A DNA stretch of 61,603 nt, the filler included, from Coriobacteriales bacterium (GTDB lineage Bacteria; Actinomycetota; Coriobacteriia; Coriobacteriales; UBA8131): the NCBI GenBank assembly GCA_031263105.1. It is 10 parts of 10 records of this genome, joined end to end, with 100 filler letters (N's around TTAATTAATTAA, not from the genome) between each part and the next. Parts side by side here need not be neighbours in the genome. Positions count along the whole stretch, not along the records: positions 20,324 to 24,802 come from JAISGJ010000133.1; positions 24,903 to 27,404 come from JAISGJ010000182.1; positions 27,505 to 32,564 come from JAISGJ010000206.1; positions 32,665 to 40,112 come from JAISGJ010000061.1; 6 more parts are not named here. One strand, given 5' to 3'. Below the pieces are notes generated by a model. The model searched no databases. It had not been told where the DNA came from and saw only the letters and a program-made list of their open reading frames with translations. Shown one piece after another: positions 22,328-33,045 of this stretch (positions are counted from its first letter, which is position 1; each line of letters opens with the position of its first letter). The position numbers were made by a program, and so were the translations under genes.

Positions 22328-23445
22328 AGCGAGCGCACCTTGTACGCACGGACGATGGCGATAAGCACCGGCGCCCCGAGGACGACCGTCACGATGCCCA
22401 CCTCCAACTCGCCCGGACGCCCGACCACCCTGCCCGCCACGTCGGCCGCAGTGAGCAGCACGCCCCCGTAGAGCGCGGAGAGCAGCGCCACCAAGCGCTG
22501 GTCCGGGCCGGTGAGCAGGCGCACGGCATGGGGCACCATCAGGCCTACGAAGCCTATCGGCCCGGCCACGGCGGTCACCGCCCCGCAGAGCAGCACGCCT
22601 GCCACCGCCGCCACGAGCCGCAGCCAGCCCGTGCGCACCCCCAGGCCCTTGGCCACCTCGTCGCCGAGCGCCAAGGCGTTGAGCGCCGGAGTGGAGGCAA
22701 GCCCCAGCCCCAGCCCGACGAGGACAAAGGGCAGGATGGCGAGCAGGCTTGTCCACGTGACCCCGCCGACGCTGCCCACCTGCCAGAAACGAAAGACGTT
22801 CATGACATCGATGCGCGGCAGCAGCAGCGCACTGATCAGGGAGGAGAAGGCGGCAGTGGTCGCAGCCCCCGCCAAGGCCAGCTTCACCGGCGTGGAACCG
22901 CCCCTTCCGAACGAGGACACCGCATAGACGAAGACCGCCGTGAGAAAGGCACCGAGCAGGGCGAGCCAGACATACTGGCCAAGCTGGTTGATGCCGAAGA
23001 ACGCAAGCCCCGCCACGACGAACAGGGACGCGCCGGTGTTGACCCCGAGGATGCCGGGGTCGGCCAGCGGGTTGCGCGTGACGGCCTGCATCAAGGCGCC
23101 CGAGACCCCCAGCGCCCCGCCGGCCAGCAACGCAAAGACGGTGCGGGGCACGCGCTCCCGCACCGCCAGCTCGGCGAAGCTGTGCGGCTCCGAGCCGACG
23201 AAGGCCCCGACCACCTCGCCCAAGCTGACGTCACGCGACCCGAACGCCAACGAGGCCGCAGCGCACAGCACCAGCGCCACCAGCCCCACAAGGGCTGCGA
23301 CCGTCGATGCCCACGGCATTCCCGCCCCGTGGGCGATGCCGCTCCCGCGCCGGGGGCCGCTCCCGCGCCGGGGGCCGCGCCGGATGCCGCGCCGGGAAGC
23401 GTCTCCCTCGACCGATGCGGCAGCCGATGCGGCAGGCGCAGGCAT
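22324..23445 (-). CDS. FecCD family permease
   Basis: RVPRT, RNPLADPGILG, GPIGFVGL; start uncertain. Confidence 0.9.
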   Translation of the reverse strand: MPAPAASAAASVEGDASRRGIRRGPRRGSGPRRGSGIAHGAGMPWASTVAALVGLVALVLCAAASLAFGSRDVSLGEVVGAFVGSEPHSFAELAVRERVPRTVFALLAGGALGVSGALMQAVTRNPLADPGILGVNTGASLFVVAGLAFFGINQLGQYVWLALLGAFLTAVFVYAVSSFGRGGSTPVKLALAGAATTAAFSSLISALLLPRIDVMNVFRFWQVGSVGGVTWTSLLAILPFVLVGLGLGLASTPALNALALGDEVAKGLGVRTGWLRLVAAVAGVLLCGAVTAVAGPIGFVGLMVPHAVRLLTGPDQRLVALLSALYGGVLLTAADVAGRVVGRPGELEVGIVTVVLGAPVLIAIVRAYKVRSL

Positions 23446-24548
23446 CAGCCGACTTTGGCGGCCGCGTCGTCGAGCATCGTGGCGTAGTCTCCCACGCACC
23501 AAGGAAGGGAGAGCGCGCTGGGCGACGCGCCCGAGTACAGCGCACTGCCGTCCTCGATGAGCACGACCGAGCCGCGCGCGACCGCCGGGATGGCGCCGAG
23601 CAGCGGGTCGTTCTGCATCGCCTCAAGCAGGCTCGCGTCGCCGTAGGTCAGGATGATGTCCACGTCGGCCAGGACATCGACGTTCTCGGCACTGATGTCG
23701 ATATAGAAGTCCTCGGTCTGGCCTGCCAGCTCCTCCACACTGGGCGGCGTGACCAGGCCAAGCTCACGCAGGTAGGCCGGCCGGGAGTCGGAAGGCGCAT
23801 AGATGGATATCGTGGAGAAGTCCGTGGGCTCCACATAGGCGAAGCAGGCCGACACCCCCTTGATCCGCGGGTACTGTGCCGCCGTGTCGGCGATAAGGGT
23901 CTCCAGGTCGGCGACCAGCTGCGTGCCCTCGGCCTCCATCCCCATCGCAGTGGCCTGCAAGGTGATGGTGTCGCGCCACGTGGTCACCCACGGCTCGCCG
24001 GGATAGGCGACGGTGGGGGCTATCTCGCTCAAAAGCGCGTACTCCTCCTCGGTGACGCCCGACTGGGCGGCGAGGATAAGGTCGGGCTTGAGGTCGCTGA
24101 TCGCCTCGAAATCGAAGCCCTCGGTGTCCCTGAAGACGACCGGCGGCTCGCCCCCGAGGTCTGCGACCTTCTGCTTCGTCCACGGCAGCATGCGGCTCTC
24201 GTCGGCGGCACCGTAGGTCACCTCGGAGATTCCCAGCGGCATGACGCCGAGGGCCAACGGCACGTCCTCGTTGGTCCAGGAGACGGCGACGATGCGCTCG
24301 GGCCTGCTCTCGATGACCGTCTCTCCCCAGGCATGCGTGATGGTGATCGGGAAGCCCTCGGCGGCATCCTCCGCACCTGTCTCCCCTGCAGGGTCCTCCG
24401 TATCCGTGCCCGACCCTTGGGCGACATCCTGGGTGGCATCCCCCGCCCCCGCGCCGGCCTCGTCGGCAGGCTGCTGCGCCGCACAGCCGAAAAGCGCAAG
24501 CCCCAGTACCAGGGCCAAGGCCAACAGAGCAATCCGTCGAAACTTCAT
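23445..24548 (-). CDS. Iron-siderophore binding lipoprotein
   Basis: Lipobox LFGC; FPITITHAWGET..PERIV; FEAISDLKPDLIL. Confidence 0.92.
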   Translation of the reverse strand: MKFRRIALLALALVLGLALFGCAAQQPADEAGAGAGDATQDVAQGSGTDTEDPAGETGAEDAAEGFPITITHAWGETVIESRPERIVAVSWTNEDVPLALGVMPLGISEVTYGAADESRMLPWTKQKVADLGGEPPVVFRDTEGFDFEAISDLKPDLILAAQSGVTEEEYALLSEIAPTVAYPGEPWVTTWRDTITLQATAMGMEAEGTQLVADLETLIADTAAQYPRIKGVSACFAYVEPTDFSTISIYAPSDSRPAYLRELGLVTPPSVEELAGQTEDFYIDISAENVDVLADVDIILTYGDASLLEAMQNDPLLGAIPAVARGSVVLIEDGSALYSGASPSALSLPWCVGDYATMLDDAAAKVG

Positions 24549-24677
24549 AGCAATCCCTTCTTCGTGGTCCCTCACAGTAGTTAGAAGTATTTAACTTCAT
24601 ATGATAGGGCACCGCCCAGGAAAAGTAAAGCGGTACGAACTCTGTCTCACAGCACAGCGCCCTCAGCGCCCTCACAG

Positions 24678-24802
24678 GTTACACGTCACACCCCCACTGC
24701 CATCCCGGCCCCCACTGCCATCCCGGCCCCCACTGCCATCCCGGCCCCCACTGTCATTCCGAGCTCCGCCGAGGAATCTTTGGACACGCAGTGTCCAACG
24801 GC
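24678..24802. repeat. Partial MITE copy at contig end
   Basis: GTTACACGTCACACCCC plus tandem units. Confidence 0.85.
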
Positions 24803-24902
24803 NNNNNNNNNNNNNNNNNNNNNNNNNNNNNNNNNNNNNNNNNNNNTTAATTAATTAANNNNNNNNNNNNNNNNNNNNNNNNNNNNNNNNNNNNNNNNNN
24901 NN

Positions 24903-25155
24903 GAGGCCACAGCTCGCGCCCCACTGTCATCCCGAGCCCCCACTGTCATTCCGAGCTCCGCCGAGGAATCTTTGGACACGCAGTGTCCAACGGCAGGTCG
25001 GGGGCCCTTCGACCTGCGGTCGACCGCTGGCGCGGCCGAGGATCCCTCGGCAGGCTCGGGATGACAGTGGGGGCTCGGGATGACAGTGGGGTGTGAACAG
25101 TAACGAGGAATCCTCGGCAGACTCGGGATGACAGTGGGGCGTGAGCTGTGGCCTC
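24903..25155. repeat. Composite MITE copy with alternative outer ends
   Basis: GAGGCCACAGCTC...GAGCTGTGGCCTC enclosing the standard core. Confidence 0.8.
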
Positions 25156-25332
25156 GCAGGCAATAGGCTATAATAGGACAGAGCTGCTCGACATGAGGAG
25201 CATTTCAAGGCATTAAGGGCCTGCCGGGCAGTCCCTTGAAGATACCATCCGATGCGGCCGTGCGATTCCTGCGAACCAGACGAGCCACAAAGTCGCGCCG
25301 CGCACCGGGCAGAGAAGAAACGGAGGTGCTCC

Positions 25333-27321
25333 TTGGATAGGAGGACATCGGCAAAGCGTGCGGTCACGCCTGACCGCCAACCGGCGCACAGCGCAAACAA
25401 CGCAGGCGGCAGGAACAAGAGGCCGGACCGGGGGCCCGGTGCCGCCCAGGCGAGGCGCGGCGGGCAGGGCAAGAGGCACAGCGGAGGCAGCGGAGGGGGA
25501 GGCGCCAACGTCGGCAGCGGGGGAGGAGGCGCCAGCAACAGCGGGAACAGCGGGGGCGGGGGAGGCGGCGCCCACAACAACAACAACAACAACGGCAGCA
25601 ACGGGGCCGGGGGCAGCGGCGGCACTGCCAACAAGGGCGGCAGGGGAGGCGCAGGACGCCAAAAACCCTCCTTACGAATCATCCCCTTGGGAGGCCTTGA
25701 CGGCATCGGCAAGAACATGACGGTCTTCGAGTACGCAGACGACCTCATCGTCGTGGACGCAGGGCTCATGTTCCCTGACGACGACCATCCGGGCGTGGAC
25801 CTCATACTGCCGGACTACACGTACATCCTCGAGAACGCCGACCGTCTGCGCGCCGTCATCATCACGCACGGCCACGAGGACCACACGGGCGCGCTCCCGT
25901 ACCTCCTCAAGGACCTCGGCACGAGGAACGTGCCCATCATGGGGAGCAAGCTGACCCTCGGCTTCATCGAGGGGAAGTTCGCCGAGCACCGCATCCGCAA
26001 CGCCCGGTTCCGTGAGATACAGGCGGGCGAGCACGTCGCCATCGGCTCCTTCGGCTGCGACTTCTTCAGTGTGAACCACTCGATACCCGCCTCGCTCGGC
26101 CTGTTCATCCGCACGCCGGTCGGCACCGTGCTGCACACCGGCGACTTCAAACTCGACCAGACGCCCATAGACGGGGTCCATACCGACTTCGCCGCCATCT
26201 CCCGCTTTGCGAAGACCGGCGTCAACCTCATGCTCTCCGACTCGACGAACGCGAACAACCCCAACTTCACGAAGTCGGAGGCCGAGGTCGGCACGGCCCT
26301 CCGGCAGATCGTCGCGAGCGCCAACAGGCGGGTCATCGTCGCGGCGTTCTCGAGCCACATCCACCGCATCCAGCAGGTATGCGACGCGGCCGTCGCCGCA
26401 GGGCGCAAGGTCGCGGTCACGGGACGCTCCATGCTCACGAACACGAAGATCGCGCGTGACCTCGGCTACCTCAAGGTCGACGAGAGGCTCCTCGTCGACG
26501 CCTATGCCGCCAAGGACATCCCGCCCGAGAAGCTCGTCGTCCTCTGCACGGGCAGCCAGGGCGAGCCGCTCTCCGCGCTCGCGCGCATGTCGAACGGCGA
26601 GCATCGCACCATCGACATCGAGAAGGGCGACACGGTCATCATCTCCGCCACTCCCGTCCCCGGCAACGAGAAGGCCGTGACCCGCGTCGTGAACGGCCTC
26701 GCGAAGATAGGCGCGGAGATATTCGACAAGCAGCGGGCGCTGGTGCACGTCTCGGGACATGCGGGCGCCGAGGAGCTGAAGCTGATGCTCACCATCGCCC
26801 AGCCCGACTACTTCATGCCGGTGCACGGCGAGGCCCTGCACCTGCGCGCGCACGCCAAGCTGGCCGAGAAGGTCGGCATCCCTCCTAAGAACGTCTTCAT
26901 CCTCGACTCGGGCGACGTGCTCCTGCTCGACGAGACCGGCGTGAGAAGGGGAGAGCCGGTCGAGAGCGGCATCGTCTACGTGGACGGGCTCTCCGTGGGC
27001 GACGTCTCCGCCGTGGTGCTGAAGGACCGCCAGACGCTTGCAAGCGACGGCATCGTCACGGTCGTCTGTCTCGTGCGCCGCCGCGACAACGAGCCGGTCG
27101 GCAAGCCCGAGGTCATCATGCGCGGCGTGAGCGGGGGAGACGACCAGGCGCTCGCCAACGACCTTGTCGCCCTGGTGGAGAAGGTCGCCTCGCGCTCCGT
27201 GCACGGCCACCGCCCGAACCAGAGCACCCTGAAGCGCAGCCTGCGCGAGGAGGTGGGCTCCCTGCTCTGGGAGCGGATCCGCCGCCGCCCCATGGTCATC
27301 CCCCTCATCATGGAGGTCTGA
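25333..27321 (+). CDS. rnj: Ribonuclease J with Gly/Asn-rich N-terminal extension
   Basis: IPLGGL..IGKN, THGHEDH, HTGDFK, HVSGH; TTG start after GGAGG is a best guess. Confidence 0.93.
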   Translation: MDRRTSAKRAVTPDRQPAHSANNAGGRNKRPDRGPGAAQARRGGQGKRHSGGSGGGGANVGSGGGGASNSGNSGGGGGGAHNNNNNNGSNGAGGSGGTANKGGRGGAGRQKPSLRIIPLGGLDGIGKNMTVFEYADDLIVVDAGLMFPDDDHPGVDLILPDYTYILENADRLRAVIITHGHEDHTGALPYLLKDLGTRNVPIMGSKLTLGFIEGKFAEHRIRNARFREIQAGEHVAIGSFGCDFFSVNHSIPASLGLFIRTPVGTVLHTGDFKLDQTPIDGVHTDFAAISRFAKTGVNLMLSDSTNANNPNFTKSEAEVGTALRQIVASANRRVIVAAFSSHIHRIQQVCDAAVAAGRKVAVTGRSMLTNTKIARDLGYLKVDERLLVDAYAAKDIPPEKLVVLCTGSQGEPLSALARMSNGEHRTIDIEKGDTVIISATPVPGNEKAVTRVVNGLAKIGAEIFDKQRALVHVSGHAGAEELKLMLTIAQPDYFMPVHGEALHLRAHAKLAEKVGIPPKNVFILDSGDVLLLDETGVRRGEPVESGIVYVDGLSVGDVSAVVLKDRQTLASDGIVTVVCLVRRRDNEPVGKPEVIMRGVSGGDDQALANDLVALVEKVASRSVHGHRPNQSTLKRSLREEVGSLLWERIRRRPMVIPLIMEV

Positions 27322-27564
27322 GGGGGGGGGGGGGGGGGGGGGGGGGGCTTTGGTCGCCCCCCGGCCGGGGCAGGCGCAGAAGGACACGCGGTGGGGGGTT
27401 AGCGNNNNNNNNNNNNNNNNNNNNNNNNNNNNNNNNNNNNNNNNNNNNTTAATTAATTAANNNNNNNNNNNNNNNNNNNNNNNNNNNNNNNNNNNNNNNN
27501 NNNNCCGCCGTGGGGGCCCGCCCCGGGCAAGGTTTGGCCCCCCCCCCCCCCCCCCCCCCCCCTG

Positions 27565-28797
27565 TCACCCCATCGTGTCGGCTATGGTGCCGCCCCCTAT
27601 GACGTAGTCGCCGTCGTACAGGACGAGGGCCTGGCCCTTGGCCATGGCCTTCTGCGGCTCGTCGAAGTCGATGCGCAGGGTGTCGTCGTCCACCTGGCGC
27701 ACAACGGCGGGGCGATTGCTTTGACGGTAGCGGTGTTTGGCGCTTACGCGCAACGGCCCGTCAAGGGCATCAAAGGGGATGAGGTTGAGGTCGCTGACCA
27801 CGGCCGTCCTCGCGTAGAGGCCCTGTTCGGGACAGATGACCACACGGTTACGGACAGGGTCTATCTCCCTCACATACAGCGGATGCGCGGCGGCGACGCC
27901 TATCCCCTTGCGCTGCCCGACCGTGAAGTCGATGACACCCTGATGCGTGCCCAGCTGCCTTCCCTGTTCGTCGACAAGAGGGCCCTGCGCATAGGAGCGG
28001 CCCGTGTGACGCCGGATAAAGGCACCGTAAGCGCCGTCGGGGACGAAGCAGATGTCCTGGCTCTCGCGCTTCTCGGCGGTGGCAAGGCCGCCTGCACGGG
28101 CACGGTCGCGCACCTGCCTCTTCGTGAGGCCGCCAAGGGGGAACAGCGTGTGCGCAAGCTGTCCCTGGGTCATCGCGTAGAGGACGTAGCTTTGGTCCTT
28201 CTCGGGGTCGATGCCGCGCTTGAGCAGGTAACGCCCCGTCGCCCCTTGGCGCTCCGTGCGCACGTAATGGCCGGTCGCCACGTAGTCGAAGCCCGTCTGG
28301 TGCGCACGCTCGAGCAGACGCTCGAACTTGAGGAAGCGGTTGCAGTCGATGCAGGGATTGGGGGTCGCGCCGTGCTCGTAGGCTGAGACGAATCGCTCGA
28401 CGACCTGCGCGGCGAAGTCCTCCGTGAAGTTGAAGGCGTAGTGCGGGATGCCGAGGCGGACGCAGACGGCGCGCGCGTCCTCGACATCCGCCAGCGAACA
28501 GCAGCCGCCCTCGCCCTCGCTGCCGATGAGCGCGTCGTCGATGAGCCGCATCGTCGCGCCCGCGCAGTCGTAGCCCGCCTCGTGCAGCAGGGACGCGGCG
28601 ACCGAGGAGTCGACGCCGCCGCTCATCGCGACAAGCACCCGCTGTGGGAGGGCGCCCGAGGGCACTGCGGCGGCGGGCGGCGCGTCCTGGGGCAGCTGCG
28701 AACCCGGAGACGGAGGCGAACCCGCGCCCGCTGCGCCCGCGCCTGCGCCCACGCCCGCCGCCGCCGCGCCCGCCCCGCCCGGACGCGCCCCGCCCAT
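27565..28797 (-). CDS. mnmA: tRNA 2-thiouridylase
   Basis: AMSGGVDS, TPNPCIDCN, ATGHY, KDQSY, ESQDICF. Confidence 0.95.
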   Translation of the reverse strand: MGGARPGGAGAAAAGVGAGAGAAGAGSPPSPGSQLPQDAPPAAAVPSGALPQRVLVAMSGGVDSSVAASLLHEAGYDCAGATMRLIDDALIGSEGEGGCCSLADVEDARAVCVRLGIPHYAFNFTEDFAAQVVERFVSAYEHGATPNPCIDCNRFLKFERLLERAHQTGFDYVATGHYVRTERQGATGRYLLKRGIDPEKDQSYVLYAMTQGQLAHTLFPLGGLTKRQVRDRARAGGLATAEKRESQDICFVPDGAYGAFIRRHTGRSYAQGPLVDEQGRQLGTHQGVIDFTVGQRKGIGVAAAHPLYVREIDPVRNRVVICPEQGLYARTAVVSDLNLIPFDALDGPLRVSAKHRYRQSNRPAVVRQVDDDTLRIDFDEPQKAMAKGQALVLYDGDYVIGGGTIADTMG

Positions 28798-30092
28798 TAC
28801 AACTCGGCGACTATCGCGTCGGCGACCTGCTGGGTGTCGGCGATGGCACGCTCGATGTCGATGGTGGGGTAGACGCCGTCGCGGTACAGCACCCTGCCGT
28901 CGACCATCGTCAGCACCACGTCGGTGCCCTGCGCGGAGTACACGAGGTTGTTCACCAGATGGTGGACGGGCTGCATCCAAGGCACGTCCACGTCGAAGGC
29001 CACGAGGTCGGCGCGCCTGCCTGCCTCGATGGTGCCGCAGTCGGCGCGCCCCTGCGAGCACGCGCCGTTGACGGTCGCGGCGGCGAGCGCCTGTGCAGGC
29101 GTGACGACGGTGGGATCGCCCGTCGAGCCCTTGTAGAGGAGCGCGAACAGGTAGAGGTCCTTGAGGATGTTATGGGAGTTGTTGCTGGCCACGCCGTCGG
29201 TGCCGAGCGCCACGTTCACGCCTGCCGCCAGCATCTGCGGGATGGGCGCAAAGCCGCTCGCAAGCTTCATGTTGCTCGCGGGGTTGGCGGCGACCGTCAC
29301 GTCATGGGCGGCGAACACCTCCCAGTCCGCCGGTTCCGACCACACGCAGTGCGCCGCCGTGCAGGGCGCACGGAAGAAGTCCAGCGACTCGAAGTACCGT
29401 GCGGGGGAAAGCCCGCCCCGGCGCTGCTTGCACTCCTCGTGCTCGAGCTTCGTCTCGCTGATGTGCACATGGGTCTGGACGCCGAGCTCCACCGCATGCT
29501 CCCCCACCGCGCGCACGACCTGCGGGTTGGAGATGTACTCGGAGTGGATGTTCAGGTCCACCTTGATGCGCCCGTCCGCCGTGTTGTGGTGCTCCCGCAC
29601 CAAGCGCTCGTTGAGGTCGTGGTTCGGCATCTGCTCGTAGCGGGTCTCCTCGTCGAACACCATCACGCCGTCGCAGAGGTTGGCCTTGATGCCGCTCTCG
29701 GTGAAGGCCCTGATCCGCGCATCGCTGTAGTAGTACATGTCGGTCACGCCCACCACGCCGAAGCGCAGCATCTCGGCGACGGCAAGCAGGGTGGCAGGGT
29801 ACGCGCGCTCGTTGTCTATCCTGCCCTCGAAGGGAAAGACCCGCTTGTAGAGCCAGTCCTGAAGCGCAAGGTTCTCGGCATAGCCCCTCAGCAGGGTCAT
29901 GGGCAGGTGCGCATGCGTGTTGTACATGCCGGGGACGAGGAAGCGCCCACGCCCCTCGTAGCGCTCACCGAAGCGCTCGGGATGCTCGGGGGCCGCTGCA
30001 CCGACATAGGTGATGTGCGCCCCCTCGGTCCCGACGAAGCCGCGTGCGACCTCGAAATCGCCTGTGAGATAGTCGATGTCAGCGAACAGCAC
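28797..30092 (-). CDS. mtaD: Amidohydrolase (MTA/SAH deaminase-like)
   Basis: NTHAH, HISET, AHCV, SNMKLASG, LGTDG. Confidence 0.8.
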   Translation of the reverse strand: MLFADIDYLTGDFEVARGFVGTEGAHITYVGAAAPEHPERFGERYEGRGRFLVPGMYNTHAHLPMTLLRGYAENLALQDWLYKRVFPFEGRIDNERAYPATLLAVAEMLRFGVVGVTDMYYYSDARIRAFTESGIKANLCDGVMVFDEETRYEQMPNHDLNERLVREHHNTADGRIKVDLNIHSEYISNPQVVRAVGEHAVELGVQTHVHISETKLEHEECKQRRGGLSPARYFESLDFFRAPCTAAHCVWSEPADWEVFAAHDVTVAANPASNMKLASGFAPIPQMLAAGVNVALGTDGVASNNSHNILKDLYLFALLYKGSTGDPTVVTPAQALAAATVNGACSQGRADCGTIEAGRRADLVAFDVDVPWMQPVHHLVNNLVYSAQGTDVVLTMVDGRVLYRDGVYPTIDIERAIADTQQVADAIVAEL

Positions 30093-30200
30093 GGTCTTTC
30101 CTCTCCTTACGGTTTCTTGGGGCAGACCCCTCGGGAACTCGGGCCAGCCAGAGCCTCAGAGCCTCAGAACCGAAATCCTTTGCGAGGCCTCTGGCGGCCC

Positions 30201-32246
30201 CTACGGCTTCTTGGGGCTTACCAGCTTACCCGTTCCGTCGAAGGTGTAGTAGCTGCCGTCGACCCAGTACCTGCCACCGGTCAAAGCGGCCGCCCCATAC
30301 GATGTGGGGGCGGCGAAGGAGCCGCCTGTCGTATAGGCGTTGCCGAAGTAGTACCAAGCCTTCTTCGCGTCCTGCTTCCAGCCCGCCTTGTTCGCGCCGC
30401 TCTTGTCGAAGTAATACTTCTTTGAGACGAGCCTGTAGGCGGAGCCTGAGACCCACTCCTGCTCCTTGACGACCCTGATGCCGTTCGTCAACGCAGGCGC
30501 ACGGCCGGTCTTCTCGTCGAGCTTGAAGTAGTACCTCTGGCCGTCGACGTCCTGCCAGCCCGAAAGCATCAGGCCGTAGTACGCGAAGCAGTACTTCTGG
30601 CCGCCCACCGTCAAGAGGCCGGTCTTCACCGTGCCGTCCGCATTCGCGTTATGCCACTCGTACACGGTCTTGTAGCGCTTCGTGGCGCTGTCGTAGGTAC
30701 GCAGCTTGACCTGGGTCAGCTTCGTGACGAGCGGCGATTTGCCGCCCCTCTCGCTGTTCTGCTCGTTGAAGTAGTAATACTTCCCGTCGATGGCGTAGTA
30801 TCCGATTGCCATGGTGCCGTCCTGGTCAAGATAGTAGCGTTGGCTGCCGTACTTCAACCAACCGGAGGCGACCGTGCCGTCCGACTTCGAGTAATGCCAC
30901 GTATAGAAGGGCGTGACCGTGGCGGAGCTGTCCCACACGACGGAAATCGTCCTGAACATCCCCTTGGCGAGCGGGGCCCTGCCGTCGGCGGTGTTCAGCC
31001 CGCCCCTGAAGTAGTACTGCTTGTTGTCAATCACCTGCAGGCCGGACACCATGGAACCTTGGGAGAAGTAATAGCGCTTCCCTCCTATGTCCTTCCAGCC
31101 GGAATACACCTCGCCTGTGGAGGCGGACAGGTACCAGAGCCATCTCTTGACCGAGGTGGCCTTGGCCTTGGTGCCCGTGAGGTAGTATGCCGACCTCGTC
31201 AGCTTCGTGACCATCGGCGCGACGCTGTTGCCGTAGACGCTCGTATCGACGAAGCGGCGCAACGTGCCCTTGACGTTGACGAGGCCTTCCCGCATCTTGC
31301 CCGAGCTGTCGAAGTAATAGCTCTGGTTCCCCACCTTCTGCAGGCCGGTCCTCATCCTGCCCTGGGCGTCGAAGAGGTAGAAGTCGTGGACGAGGAAGTT
31401 CTTGGTGACCTGCCTGCCGTTCTGATAGACGACCGTCGAGGAACGCCGGGAGTTCAACTGCTTGATGCCGCTGACGAGCGCCGGCGCCTTGGCGCTCAGC
31501 GACCCCACCGGCTGGAAGTAGTACCAGAACCCGTTCACGTTCACCCAGTCGTTGCTGCACATCACGCCGAGGCTGTCGAAGAAGTAGTACCTGCTGTCGA
31601 TCTTCCTCATGCCCTTGACCGTCGTGCCGACGGCGTTGTAGTAATGCCAGCCGTCGGGCTCCTGCTTCCAGGCGCTCTTCGGCGCTGCCGCAAAGGTCTC
31701 AAGCGGTGCAGCCTCGTCGGCCACGGAGGCCGGCACGGTGGTGGCTGTTGGGGAGGAGGTCGGGGCGTTTGCTGTCTGCGGCTCGTCTGCTGCCGATGCG
31801 GCAGGCTCCTCGACGACGAGCCTGCCGGTCGCCTGCACGTCTGCCGCAGCAGCAAGTTCGTCGGGCACCGGTTCGGCGGCAGGGCCGCCTGTAGGCGCAG
31901 GGGGCTCCGTGGCGGCCCCGTCCGTGGGTGCGGGCACAGGGGCTGCGGACTCCTCTGCGGGTGGGGCGGGCGCACTCGCAGGCGCAGCGGGCGCATCCAC
32001 AGGCACGCCCCCTGCGGGCACGGCGGCCTCCTCGGCGGGCACAGGCGCCACGGCCTCGACAGGATCCTCGATGACGAGCCTGCCGGTCGCCTGCACCTCC
32101 TCGGTCCCGGATGCCGCCCCGTCGTCAGACGCGGGTGCGGCTTGAGCCTGCACCGCCGTCCCAAGCAGGCATGCAAGCACCAGGCCCAAGGCCAAGGCGA
32201 TGCCTGCCGCCAAAGTGCGGCCTTTGTCAATCGTGCGTGTCAGCAT
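30201..32246 (-). CDS. Secreted protein with choline/glucan-binding-type cell-wall repeats
   Basis: Signal peptide AQA, Pro/Ala linker, repeated GW..I.G.RYYF units. Confidence 0.85.
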   Translation of the reverse strand: MLTRTIDKGRTLAAGIALALGLVLACLLGTAVQAQAAPASDDGAASGTEEVQATGRLVIEDPVEAVAPVPAEEAAVPAGGVPVDAPAAPASAPAPPAEESAAPVPAPTDGAATEPPAPTGGPAAEPVPDELAAAADVQATGRLVVEEPAASAADEPQTANAPTSSPTATTVPASVADEAAPLETFAAAPKSAWKQEPDGWHYYNAVGTTVKGMRKIDSRYYFFDSLGVMCSNDWVNVNGFWYYFQPVGSLSAKAPALVSGIKQLNSRRSSTVVYQNGRQVTKNFLVHDFYLFDAQGRMRTGLQKVGNQSYYFDSSGKMREGLVNVKGTLRRFVDTSVYGNSVAPMVTKLTRSAYYLTGTKAKATSVKRWLWYLSASTGEVYSGWKDIGGKRYYFSQGSMVSGLQVIDNKQYYFRGGLNTADGRAPLAKGMFRTISVVWDSSATVTPFYTWHYSKSDGTVASGWLKYGSQRYYLDQDGTMAIGYYAIDGKYYYFNEQNSERGGKSPLVTKLTQVKLRTYDSATKRYKTVYEWHNANADGTVKTGLLTVGGQKYCFAYYGLMLSGWQDVDGQRYYFKLDEKTGRAPALTNGIRVVKEQEWVSGSAYRLVSKKYYFDKSGANKAGWKQDAKKAWYYFGNAYTTGGSFAAPTSYGAAALTGGRYWVDGSYYTFDGTGKLVSPKKP

Positions 32247-32440
32247 GGAGACCCTCCGATTCTCTTGTGTTCCCGTGGCGATGACCCTTCATCAGCGGCG
32301 CACGTCCCTGGAAGGGCACACGTCACGCACCAAGCCGACCAGCGGCCTCAGTGCGAAAGATGATGAGAGTCCATTCTACTTCCGCCCCGCACATCTGGCA
32401 ATCACGCACACACGGCAAGACCCTTGCCAAAAAAAGCAAC

Positions 32441-32564
32441 GTTACCGTTCGCACCCTACTGTCATTCCGAGCGAAGCCGAGGAATCTTTGGGCGCATCGG
32501 CGCCCAACCGGGCCAGTTGGCTGCTTCGCGTTCCGTGGGCCTGTCGGTTCCATGGGCTCACCCG
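32441..32564. repeat. Partial MITE copy at contig end
   Basis: GTTACCGTTCGCACCCTACTGTCATTCCGAGC. Confidence 0.75.
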
Positions 32565-32704
32565 NNNNNNNNNNNNNNNNNNNNNNNNNNNNNNNNNNNN
32601 NNNNNNNNTTAATTAATTAANNNNNNNNNNNNNNNNNNNNNNNNNNNNNNNNNNNNNNNNNNNNTTGGATCCCCTTGACCCCCTCGGCCCCGAACGTGCG
32701 GCTG

Positions 32705-33010
32705 CTCACTGTCATCCCGAGCGGAGGGGGCGAAGCCCCCGCAGCCGAGGGATCTTTGGCTGCGGAGCAGCCAATCCATGCTAAGAGCCCGCGTAGCGGG
32801 CGACACGCTGTTTCGGGCGCTCGAACCCAAGGATCCCTCGGCTGCGGGGGCTTCGCCCCCTCCGCTCGGGATGACAGTGGGGTGCGGGGCGGCGGTGGAC
32901 TCGGGATGGCAGTGGGGCTCGGGATGACAGTGGGGTGCGGGGCGGCGGTGGACTCGGGATGGCAGTGGGGCTCGGGGTGACAGTGGGGATCGGGGTGACA
33001 GTGGAGTCGG
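32705..33010. repeat. MITE variant with different internal module
   Basis: CACTGTCATCCCGAGCGGAGGGGGCGAAG... and inverted copy, then tandem units. Confidence 0.8.
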
Positions 33011-33045
33011 GGGCCGGGAGTTCTTGAAACGCCTATAATGGACGA

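Noticed and set aside
27322..27562. Long poly-G/poly-C tracts (also near 6026, 9468, 46218) as G-quadruplex elements
   Set aside because: Mostly at contig ends in degraded sequence; lengths cannot be trusted without reads
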